The notes beneath the pieces are model-generated. The model made no database searches. It had not been told where the DNA came from and worked only from the letters and a program-made list of their open reading frames with translations. From the NCBI GenBank assembly GCA_963840885.1, contig CAWJAN010000004.1:1-45983 (forward strand): DNA of 45,983 nt, written 5' to 3'. The DNA is from an uncultured bacterium (GTDB taxonomy: Bacteria > Patescibacteriota > Minisyncoccia > Phycocordibacterales > GWA1-40-21). Position numbers and translations under genes: made by a program. Each line of letters starts with the position of its first letter. Within the stretch, counting starts at the first letter, position 1. This document shows, in pieces, positions 1 through 8,163 of this stretch.

Positions 1-813
1 GGGGAGGATCATATTTCAAATACTCCAAGGCATATCCTCATACAAGAAGCCATAGGCGCACCTGCGCCAATATACGCGCATTTACCTTTAATACTGGATG
101 AAAAGAGAGCTAAACTCTCAAAAAGAGTCCATGGTGAAATGACTTCTGTAAGCTATTACGAGAAAGCCAGCTATCTGCCGGAAGCGTTCATAAATTTCTT
201 GGCAATGCTTGGATGGAATCCAGGAACCGATGAAGAGATAATGTCCTTGGATCAAATAATAGAAAAATTTGACATAAAGAAAGTCCAGAAAGGAGGCGCT
301 ATTTTCAATACTGAAAAGTTAAACTGGTTCAACAAGGAATATATAAAGAAGCTTCCGAAAGAAAAAATTGTTGAAGAAATAGGGAAGAGACTACCGTTTA
401 AAAATCAGGACATGCTTGAAAAGATTGCGCCTATCATCTCAGAACGCATAAGCGTCTGGTCTGATATAGATAAGATGGTCACAGACGGCGACATTGTATA
501 TTTTTTTGAAAATCCAAAAATCGACAAGGCTATGCTTGTATGGAAAAAAGGCGGCACAGAAAATGAAGCTAGAGAAAATCTTTCTCAAATTATCGGATTG
601 ATTTCCGATATCCCAGAAAAAGATTTTTCTGCGGAAAAGCTCAGCGCAAAACTTATGCCATTTGCGGAAGAGAAAGGAAAAGGAAACGTACTTTGGCCGC
701 TAAGGGTCGCTCTTTCCGGAAAAGAAAAATCTCCTGATCCGTTTACCCTTCTTGGAATCCTGGGGAAAAAAGTTTCCGAAGAAAGGATAAAATCTGCAAT
801 AAAAATCTTGTAA
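1..813 (+). CDS. gltX: Glutamate--tRNA ligase, C-terminal part (5' end outside the window)
   Basis: Frame 1 is open from base 1: GEDHISNTP...HLPLILDEKRAKLSKR (KMSKS-like), LPEAFINFLAMLGW, and anticodon domain LWPLRVALSG...SPDPF. Confidence 0.95.
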   Translation, partial: GEDHISNTPRHILIQEAIGAPAPIYAHLPLILDEKRAKLSKRVHGEMTSVSYYEKASYLPEAFINFLAMLGWNPGTDEEIMSLDQIIEKFDIKKVQKGGAIFNTEKLNWFNKEYIKKLPKEKIVEEIGKRLPFKNQDMLEKIAPIISERISVWSDIDKMVTDGDIVYFFENPKIDKAMLVWKKGGTENEARENLSQIIGLISDIPEKDFSAEKLSAKLMPFAEEKGKGNVLWPLRVALSGKEKSPDPFTLLGILGKKVSEERIKSAIKIL

Positions 814-814
814 A

Positions 815-2089
815 ATGACAGAGAAAAATAAAAGGATAATATGTCTTTTGGCATCTTTATCGGTATTCTTGTCTTTCACAAGTGCTTTTGCCGATACGAA
901 CTCTGACATACAAGCAAAAATAGACCAGATTTCGGCCAGCAAAAAAGAGCTGGAACAGGAGATTGCCGACTATGAAAACCAGCTGAAAGACATCGGTACG
1001 GAAAAAAATACTCTAAGCCAGGCCGTGGCTGATCTGAATGCCACGATAAAGAAAAACTCCCTGGATCTTAAATTGACAGAGAATAATATAGATAATACCA
1101 CTCTTCAGATACAGCAACTTTCTCTGAATATAGACAAGAATACTTCCGTAATAAGCCAGGATTTAAGCGCGGTAGCGGAACTCATTAGGGAAGAGGAAAG
1201 ATATTCAAATCAAAACCTGCTGGAAAATCTGCTCGGATATGAAACTCTTTCGGAATTCTGGACAAACCAGAAAAACCTCTATGATATACAGGATAAATTG
1301 AAAAATACGATAAATGATACGCAGGTGGAAAAACAAAACCTGGAAGATAATAAAACCAGAGCCGAGCAGAAGAAAAAAGATCTTCTGGCACTTAAGTCGG
1401 ATCTTGTTGACAAGCAAAAAATTCTGGATATAACGCAAAAGGAAAAAACAAATCTTTTGAACGAAACCAAAGACAAAGAGGCGAATTATCAGAAAATGCT
1501 AGCTGACAAAAAAACTTTGAGCTCGTCGCTTGATCAGGAATTGGTGCAATATGAATCTGGCCTTAACCTGTCTTTTGATGCGTCAAAAATTCCTCCCTAT
1601 AACAAAGGCATCCTTTCCTGGCCCCTTGATTCAATCAGAATAACCCAGTTATTCGGAGTCACAGATTTTTCAAAAACTACCAATGCCTATAACGGCCAAG
1701 GCCATAATGGCGTGGATTTTGCCGCACCGATCGGAACTCGCGTAAAGGCGGCTCTAGACGGTATTGTACTTGGAACAGGCGATACCGATACTGTTTGCCC
1801 TGGCGCTTCATTCGGAAAATGGATTTTTATAGAACATCCTAATGGATTGTCTACCATATACGCACATCTCTCTCTTATAAAAGTAAGCGCGGGAGATCAT
1901 GTCACTACTGGACAAGTTATCGGATATACCGGTGTCACCGGATTTACCACAGGACCACACCTCCATTTTGGCGTATACGCAAGCGCAGGAGTTGAAATAA
2001 CCGGCCTTAAAAGCAAGGTTTGCGCAGGCACATATACCATACCGGTGGCAGTTCTTGAGGCTTATCTTGATCCTTTACAGTATCTTTAA
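815..2089 (+). CDS. Secreted coiled-coil M23 family metallopeptidase (EnvC/murein endopeptidase-like)
   Basis: Signal peptide ending AFA, long coiled coil, M23 motifs HNGVD, YAHL and HLH. Confidence 0.9.
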   Translation: MTEKNKRIICLLASLSVFLSFTSAFADTNSDIQAKIDQISASKKELEQEIADYENQLKDIGTEKNTLSQAVADLNATIKKNSLDLKLTENNIDNTTLQIQQLSLNIDKNTSVISQDLSAVAELIREEERYSNQNLLENLLGYETLSEFWTNQKNLYDIQDKLKNTINDTQVEKQNLEDNKTRAEQKKKDLLALKSDLVDKQKILDITQKEKTNLLNETKDKEANYQKMLADKKTLSSSLDQELVQYESGLNLSFDASKIPPYNKGILSWPLDSIRITQLFGVTDFSKTTNAYNGQGHNGVDFAAPIGTRVKAALDGIVLGTGDTDTVCPGASFGKWIFIEHPNGLSTIYAHLSLIKVSAGDHVTTGQVIGYTGVTGFTTGPHLHFGVYASAGVEITGLKSKVCAGTYTIPVAVLEAYLDPLQYL

Positions 2090-2141
2090 TGTTTAGTATT
2101 ATTTAACAATAAGTTATTAAGGTTAATTATACTAAACGCAT

Positions 2142-2390
2142 ATGACATACAATAAAGGTTTTATAAAAGCTATCATAATAGTACTTATAGCCATTGTCAT
2201 ACTTGGATACGTTTTCCATATAAGCATTATAGATATAATAAACGACCCTAAAGTCCAGGAAAGTATGGGCTGGCTCTGGAATTTTCTTATAACAGTATGG
2301 AATTATGTTCAGGCTCCGGTAATGTGGGTATGGAATAATTTCGTAATAGGAATCGTTTGGAATTCAATTCAAGCAGGATTAGGACACTAA
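2142..2390 (+). CDS. Small membrane protein with a pilin-like N-terminus
   Basis: MTYNKG-FIKAIIIVLIAIVILG hydrophobic helix; Trp-rich amphipathic C-terminus; TATACT upstream and terminator downstream. Confidence 0.7.
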   Translation: MTYNKGFIKAIIIVLIAIVILGYVFHISIIDIINDPKVQESMGWLWNFLITVWNYVQAPVMWVWNNFVIGIVWNSIQAGLGH

Positions 2391-2411
2391 ACAGGCAATT
2401 AGGCCTATTTT

Positions 2412-2439
2412 AAAGAGGCTCCGATAAGGGGCCTTTTTT
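2412..2439 (+). terminator. Rho-independent terminator
   Basis: GAGGCTCC-GATAA-GGGGCCTT stem followed by a T run. Confidence 0.7.
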
Positions 2440-2508
2440 ATATATGAATATATGTCCGCAAAGATATATTGTGCGACACACATATATAAGAGCAAAAGCC
2501 CCTTCCTC

Positions 2509-3123
2509 TTAAGACTTTTTGCCTATAATTTGTATCCAATTAGTCCTGCCGGTTCCTTTAATATCTTCGTATGCGATTTCCAAACCAGATTTGTTTAAAA
2601 AATCTTTTATTTCTCCCGCAGTAAAATAGCTGAAAAACCTTTCATATTTATATCCGTAATCATCTTCTGCCTTTATCTCCTCTTCAGGCCTTCCGGGCCT
2701 TATTTCCTTTACCGCTATATAGATATAGCCGCCAGGTTTGATGTTATTCTTTGCCATATTTTCTATTACTCCCGGAACTTCTTTTTTGGGAATATGCAGC
2801 AAAGATGCCTGCATGAATATTCCATCGAACATTTTCTTAAGCTTATGGGCTTCTTTCATATCCATGACAAAAAATTCCGCTTCCGGAACTTCTTTTTTTG
2901 CTATCTCTATCATCTTTTCTGAAAAATCTATGCCTGTAACTTTTAATCCTTTATTTTGCAGATATTTTGATTTCGTGCCTGCACCACAGCCGGCATCAAG
3001 AACTGTATAACCAGGTTTTAGAAAAGAAACGAAAGCATCTGTGCTTCCTATCCACCAATCATCATTTTTATGGTCTTTATGCCATTCCCCGGCTATCTTG
3101 TCATATGTTTGTGCCAAATCCAT
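2509..3123 (-). CDS. Class I SAM-dependent methyltransferase
   Basis: Motif I VLDAGCGAG, VTGIDFS, LLHIP, KPGGYIYI. Confidence 0.92.
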   Translation of the reverse strand: MDLAQTYDKIAGEWHKDHKNDDWWIGSTDAFVSFLKPGYTVLDAGCGAGTKSKYLQNKGLKVTGIDFSEKMIEIAKKEVPEAEFFVMDMKEAHKLKKMFDGIFMQASLLHIPKKEVPGVIENMAKNNIKPGGYIYIAVKEIRPGRPEEEIKAEDDYGYKYERFFSYFTAGEIKDFLNKSGLEIAYEDIKGTGRTNWIQIIGKKS

Positions 3124-3148
3124 GAATATATTATATATTATTTTTCAT

Positions 3149-3188
3149 AAACAAAAATTCCCGTTTTTATCCGGGAATTTTTGTTTTT
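3149..3188. terminator. Terminator hairpin downstream of the transglycosylase gene
   Basis: AAACAAAAATTCCCG / CGGGAATTTTTGTTT 15-bp inverted repeat. Confidence 0.75.
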
Positions 3189-3194
3189 ATTATC

Positions 3195-3686
3195 TTATTT
3201 TAATGCGACTTCATTTGCGGAATCGGCTTTTAATGCCTCTCCCCAGCAAGGTTCCGATGATGACCATGGCTGTACACCTTGCGTCTTATACAAATATTTT
3301 GCATAAGCGAGGTTGCCATCGACTGTATCTATATTGAGGCCGAGCTTTTTGGCTTCATCAGCGTGGTAATATTCATTGATCTGCATGACCCCGATATCAC
3401 CTTTATTGACTTTGCCTCTGAAAAGATTTCCATTCTCGTCGTATTGCCTGAAGTCCGATTCGCATCTTGCAATGTCTACAAGTAGCGGATCATCTTTGAA
3501 AAAATTCCTAACCGTGTTCTGAATTTCTTTTGGCGTAGGAATTGTCGTCGTTCCTGTCCCTTCTTCCGCATTTATAGAGATTACGGGGGTTTGGCTAATT
3601 GCGGGTTGCTGATCCGCATTAGTTGCGACTCCCGGTCCATAAATCGATGAAAGCACGAAGACCGACGCAGTAACTATGTCTATCAT
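3195..3686 (-). CDS. Lysozyme-like / lytic transglycosylase (SLT-type) secreted protein
   Basis: IARCES (catalytic Glu), GVMQIN, GNLAYAKYLY...QPW motifs; hydrophobic N-terminus. Confidence 0.82.
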   Translation of the reverse strand: MIDIVTASVFVLSSIYGPGVATNADQQPAISQTPVISINAEEGTGTTTIPTPKEIQNTVRNFFKDDPLLVDIARCESDFRQYDENGNLFRGKVNKGDIGVMQINEYYHADEAKKLGLNIDTVDGNLAYAKYLYKTQGVQPWSSSEPCWGEALKADSANEVALK

Positions 3687-3852
3687 AACAATATCCGCTT
3701 TTGTCGCGGATAGTAGCTATATGCTATCATACCAAATAGTAAAAGTCAATAGTTAAAACACTATTTTTACTTATAGTCAATAATAAAAATATGGCTAATT
3801 AAAGCCATATTTACGCTAAAATCAGCATATGTTTATAACTTGGGTTTTAAGG

Positions 3853-4452
3853 CTATTTTTTGTCATAGAGCCAAGGTATCGGATATGCCTCAAATTCCGG
3901 CAAAAGTTTTTTATCGTAAAGAATCCTGGATATGGCCTCTGCCTCCGTTATAGTGCAGTTTAGGGCATTATGCGGGTGCTTCTCTTTAGGAATGCCGACA
4001 TAGTTCATTATCGCCTCGGAATTAAGGCCGCTCCTTCCCTTCTCTACAGGCGGCGCTATTCCCCTCTTAACCATGTGCATATAACAAAGGGAGTGCAAAT
4101 CTATCGTCCTGTGTGCAAAGGACCAGTCGATGTGGCTTCTTTGAGCCGCCATTTGCATAAAATCCCTGTCAAAAGAAGGGTTCTGACCGGCAAGCGTCTT
4201 TTCCTTGCAGCTGTCGGACCAGGAAATGAAAGATCTGACAAGTTCGCCGTCGGTCTGTTTCTTTTTGTCCGTTATCTCTTCTTTTGTAAAGCCGTTAACA
4301 GCAAGCGCCTCGTCCATGATATGTGCTCCGTCCCATATCCGGCATTCGCCGTAAAAGCGATTGTCCGGATTATCAAAATCAAGCGCTCCTATTGAAAGAA
4401 GCGAGTGCTTTAATAAATCAGTTCCGGAAGCTTCGACATCTACGATTATCAT
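3853..4452 (-). CDS. DEDDh 3'-5' exonuclease (DnaQ/RNase T-like)
   Basis: ExoI DVEASG, ExoII QNPSFD, ExoIII HNAL. Confidence 0.88.
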   Translation of the reverse strand: MIIVDVEASGTDLLKHSLLSIGALDFDNPDNRFYGECRIWDGAHIMDEALAVNGFTKEEITDKKKQTDGELVRSFISWSDSCKEKTLAGQNPSFDRDFMQMAAQRSHIDWSFAHRTIDLHSLCYMHMVKRGIAPPVEKGRSGLNSEAIMNYVGIPKEKHPHNALNCTITEAEAISRILYDKKLLPEFEAYPIPWLYDKK

Positions 4453-4475
4453 GAATATATTTTATCATAAATAAA

Positions 4476-4504
4476 AAAGGATGCGTGCCCGGGACGCATC
4501 CTTT
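4476..4504. terminator. Terminator of the orphan ORF 4519-4722
   Basis: AAAGGATGCGT / ACGCATCCTTT inverted repeat. Confidence 0.7.
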
Positions 4505-4518
4505 GCTTTTGGAAGAAA

Positions 4519-4722
4519 TCAGATGCGGTGGCGTGAACAATTCGCTTGCGCCCTGGCCGCAGACATAAGATTGTCTTGAAAAGATTTTATTGACCCCCTC
4601 CTCGACAATATCATGGCTCTCGAACGATTCCGTAGCAATTCTTTATTAACGGAACCGTTCTTCAAAGGCCGCTGTTTTTTCTTTTTCCTACGGCATGATT
4701 TCACTTTAAGAACAAATGGCAT
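4519..4722 (-). CDS. Small basic hypothetical protein
   Basis: AAGGAGG Shine-Dalgarno just before ATG, upstream TTGAAA-N17-TATTCT, downstream hairpin; no recognisable domain. Confidence 0.6.
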   Translation of the reverse strand: MPFVLKVKSCRRKKKKQRPLKNGSVNKELLRNRSRAMILSRRGSIKSFQDNLMSAARAQANCSRHRI

Positions 4723-4784
4723 AGAAGCCTCCTTGAAATTTTCTTATTAAAGAATATCAAAATTATTATTTCATTTCAATTTCT

Positions 4785-5030
4785 TTAAATCAGCGGGTCG
4801 TTTTCTGAAATTTCTGGCATATTTACAGAAACCTCGCTAGCTGATGCAGTATTTTTCTTTTCATAGGTTGATAACCTGCCAAGGCCGAAAGAAATGAGTC
4901 CGACAAAGAATATTATTATGATAATGAACATATCTTCTCCTATTTTCAGGCTGGATTTTGCGGTTTTAGCCTTATCTTTCAAGCCATAATGAAACGACTT
5001 GATTTTTCCTGTAAAATCTTTTATACTCAT
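4785..5030 (-). CDS. Single-pass membrane hypothetical protein
   Basis: Hydrophobic MFIIIIIFFVGLISFGLGRLS segment; TGATATAAT 8 nt before ATG. Confidence 0.65.
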   Translation of the reverse strand: MSIKDFTGKIKSFHYGLKDKAKTAKSSLKIGEDMFIIIIIFFVGLISFGLGRLSTYEKKNTASASEVSVNMPEISENDPLI

Positions 5031-5073
5031 ACGACTGAATTATATCAGGTTAAATATCAAATAAAACACTCAT

Positions 5074-5346
5074 ATGGCACATAAAAAAGCGGCTGGTGCG
5101 TCCAAAAACGGCAGAGATTCGAATCCAAGGTACCTTGGCATAAAGATCAATCACGGAGGAACAGCCAAAACAGGTCAGATAATATTGAGACAAAAAGGCA
5201 GGGATACCCTTGCTGGAGAAAACGTTGGCATAGGAAAAGACCATACTCTTTTTGCTTTGAAAGATGGAAAAGTAAATTATGGCACGAAAAGAAAAATGAA
5301 CTTTGACTCCACGACTACCAGAAGAAATATCGTCAGCGTAAAATAA
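5074..5346 (+). CDS. rpmA: 50S ribosomal protein L27
   Basis: MAHKKAAGASKNGRDS...GQIILRQKG...GKDHTLFAL. Confidence 0.98.
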   Translation: MAHKKAAGASKNGRDSNPRYLGIKINHGGTAKTGQIILRQKGRDTLAGENVGIGKDHTLFALKDGKVNYGTKRKMNFDSTTTRRNIVSVK

Positions 5347-5352
5347 ACAAAT

Positions 5353-5387
5353 AAAAAAGCCGCGCCCTTTAGGGCGCGGCTTTTTTT
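5353..5387. terminator. Bidirectional terminator between convergent rpmA and rplI
   Basis: A6-GCCGCGCCC-TTTA-GGGCGCGGC-T7. Confidence 0.9.
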
Positions 5388-5831
5388 CTATTCTGCTTTT
5401 ACGTTAACTATAAGTTTGTAAGTCTTGTCTTCTATCTTTACTTCTATAGGATGCTCACCCACTTCTTTAAGTGATTTTTCCAGTTCGAAATGCTCGTCCG
5501 ATAATTCGACGCCTGTTTCTTTTTTAAATTCATCTATAACCTGGCTTTTGGTGATTCCCGCAAAAAGATGTCCTTTTTCATTTGCCTTTCCGCTTATATG
5601 GAGCATGCCGCCAGGAAGCTTTGAAAGAGCATACTCAAAAGCTTTCTTGAATTCCTCTTTCATGAGCACATCCTGTTTTTTCTTGGCTTCTACTACTTTG
5701 ACATAGCTTGATGTGGCTGGAACAGCTATTCCTCTCGGTATCAGGGAATTGAGCGCAAAACCGTCTGCCACATCTTTTATCTCGTATTTTCTGCCCAGTC
5801 TTGCGGCATCTTTCATAAGTATGACTTTCAT
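5388..5831 (-). CDS. rplI: 50S ribosomal protein L9
   Basis: MKVILMKD...LG...VADGFALNSLIPRGIA; C-domain GHLFAGIT, LKEVGEH. Confidence 0.96.
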   Translation of the reverse strand: MKVILMKDAARLGRKYEIKDVADGFALNSLIPRGIAVPATSSYVKVVEAKKKQDVLMKEEFKKAFEYALSKLPGGMLHISGKANEKGHLFAGITKSQVIDEFKKETGVELSDEHFELEKSLKEVGEHPIEVKIEDKTYKLIVNVKAE

Positions 5832-5894
5832 TGTTTTTTGGTTATTTTTAATTTATTTTAATACTATTCTACCGCTGACGATTTTGCAAGATTT

Positions 5895-7121
5895 CTATTT
5901 CTGATCCAAAAGTTCCACGGCTTTGTCCATCTGAGGATCCTTGCCGGCCGCAATATCCGCATCAGTCATATCCACTTCGTAGTCAGGCGTAAGGCCATTG
6001 TCGGAAATCGAAAGCCCGTTTGGCGTAAGCCATCTGGCTATAGTCACTTTTAGAGATGCATCGGGCGGAATATTTATAAGCTCTTGCACTGAACCTTTTC
6101 CGAAAGTTCTTGTCCCAACGAGCTTCGCTACGCCCTGTTCCTGAAGGGCTCCGGAAAGAATTTCTGCAGCTGAGGCAGAACCTTGGTCTACAAGTATCAT
6201 CATCTGCAGCTTATCGTTGAAAACATTGTATCCTTTGCTCCTATAAACCTGCTCATCTATATTAGGGCCAAAATTTTCCCTAACAACAACCTTGCCTAAA
6301 GGCAGAAACCAGCTTGCCATGTCAACTGCAGATTCAAGGTATCCGCCTGGATTTCCCCTTAGATCGAGTACGAGCTTTGTTTTCCCTGATTCCGCAAAAT
6401 CCCTGAGGGCTACCCTGAAAGCATCTGCTGAAGGCGCATAAAAATTATAAAGATGTATCACGAATATGTCGCCTTTGGTTTCGGTATCTACGGTAGGAAC
6501 ATTTATCGTTCCTCTAGTTATCTTGAAATCGAGCGGCTGCGTTTTGCCGGCCCTTTCAACTTTCAAATCCACAGCTGTTCCAGCTGGCCCGCGTATCAGA
6601 TTAACCGCATCGTCCATGGATATGCTTGCTGTTGAAGTCCCGTCTATGGAAAGTATTATGTCGCCCTTTTCTATTCCGGCATTGTAAGCTGGCGTATCTT
6701 TGAGCGGAGAAATGACGGTTATCTCGCCGTTCTTTATTCCGAGCTCCATACCGACGCCATCGAAGCTTCCGGCAATATCGCTCGCAAAATCTTTCGACTG
6801 CTGCGGCGGAAAAAATACAGTATATGGATCGCCATATGCCGCGGTCATGCCCTCGATGGCTCCATAAATCTTATCCTGGGTCGATGGAGTGCCAGTACCA
6901 TGAGCATTAACAAACTTCTGGCCAAGTATGTTCCATACCGCCCAGAACTGATCGAGATTGGCGGTTGAAGAGGCCTCGAGAGAGCTTATATCTGGCATCT
7001 GCAGCGCAGGGCCGGCATTTTTAGAACTATTGCCAAAGTAAAATCCTGAGCCGAAAGCAACAGCCAGCAAAAAAATGGCGATAAGCGATACCTTATATCT
7101 TTTTAGATTCTCATCTGTCAT
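5895..7121 (-). CDS. ctpA: S41A carboxyl-terminal processing protease with PDZ domain
   Basis: DPYT, PDZ GVG, DLRGNPGG, SASAAEI (catalytic Ser), TFGKGSVQ (catalytic Lys). Confidence 0.93.
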   Translation of the reverse strand: MTDENLKRYKVSLIAIFLLAVAFGSGFYFGNSSKNAGPALQMPDISSLEASSTANLDQFWAVWNILGQKFVNAHGTGTPSTQDKIYGAIEGMTAAYGDPYTVFFPPQQSKDFASDIAGSFDGVGMELGIKNGEITVISPLKDTPAYNAGIEKGDIILSIDGTSTASISMDDAVNLIRGPAGTAVDLKVERAGKTQPLDFKITRGTINVPTVDTETKGDIFVIHLYNFYAPSADAFRVALRDFAESGKTKLVLDLRGNPGGYLESAVDMASWFLPLGKVVVRENFGPNIDEQVYRSKGYNVFNDKLQMMILVDQGSASAAEILSGALQEQGVAKLVGTRTFGKGSVQELINIPPDASLKVTIARWLTPNGLSISDNGLTPDYEVDMTDADIAAGKDPQMDKAVELLDQK

Positions 7122-7236
7122 TTTTAGTCAGTCAATTATCGCAAAATCTGCTGATATTGTCCAACCCTCAACATGCGTTTCAATTGTAAAATCTGAGGTT
7201 AAATTATATAATGATTGCATAATTCGCTAATTAAAA

Positions 7237-8154
7237 ATGGTAAAAAAACACACGCACAAATCCATAACCTGGATCGAGGTTGAAAATCCTTCCAGGGAAG
7301 AAATAAGGTCTCTTGCCTCCGAATACGATATAGATATGAATACGGCGATGGAGCTGGAACTTCCCACATACAAGGAAAAAATCATTCCTTTAAAAAACTA
7401 TCTTTACATGGTCATGCATTTCCCCGCTCTCAGGCATTCGCATATGAGAATAGAGCAGGAAGTGGACTTCATCATCGGTAAAAATTTCATCATCACGACC
7501 AGATATGAGACCATAGATGCTCTTGAAAAATTTTCCAAAACATTCGAGATGAATGAGATGCTTGATAAGAACCTTATGGAAGACCATGCCGGATATGTCT
7601 TGTACTACATCATAAAAGAACTTTATATGGCGATTTCCGACGAGCTTGATGCCATAAATGACAACCTAAAATTCATAGAAAGGAATGTCTTCAACGAAAA
7701 AGAGAAGGAGATGGTTGCGGAGATATCCAGAGCCAACAGGAACCTGCTCAATATCGAGCATACGGTAAATCCTCACGATGAGCTGCTGCAGGATTTAAGG
7801 ACTGAAAGCATAAAATTCTTCGGGGAAGGCTTTTCCGACAATATGGATAAAATATTGAACGAATATTATAGGGTACAAAAAGTTCTTTCCGGCAATATAG
7901 ATTTTCTGAAAGAAATAAGGGAAACCAACGATTCCCTCCTTTCTTCCAAGCAAAATGAGATTATGCAACTCCTGACTGTCATAACCTTCCTTGCTCTGCC
8001 TTTTTCAATGATAACCGATTTCGTATTCCAAGAAGGCTTGTTCGGAACATCTATTTTCAGCTTCATGAGAAGCAATTCGGAATTCATTCTGCTATTTCAG
8101 ATCATTTTATTCATAATTGTATTTACGATTGCGAAAAAGAATAAGTGGCTATAA
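7237..8154 (+). CDS. corA: CorA family divalent cation transporter
   Basis: CorA architecture with ETNDSLLSSKQNEIMQLLTVIT and two C-terminal TM helices; canonical GMN motif not present. Confidence 0.8.
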   Translation: MVKKHTHKSITWIEVENPSREEIRSLASEYDIDMNTAMELELPTYKEKIIPLKNYLYMVMHFPALRHSHMRIEQEVDFIIGKNFIITTRYETIDALEKFSKTFEMNEMLDKNLMEDHAGYVLYYIIKELYMAISDELDAINDNLKFIERNVFNEKEKEMVAEISRANRNLLNIEHTVNPHDELLQDLRTESIKFFGEGFSDNMDKILNEYYRVQKVLSGNIDFLKEIRETNDSLLSSKQNEIMQLLTVITFLALPFSMITDFVFQEGLFGTSIFSFMRSNSEFILLFQIILFIIVFTIAKKNKWL

Positions 8155-8163
8155 TTTAGAAAA

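Noticed and set aside
2440-2490. Imperfect AT-rich palindrome between convergent genes
   Set aside because: Weak, low-complexity TA-rich pairing that can arise by chance
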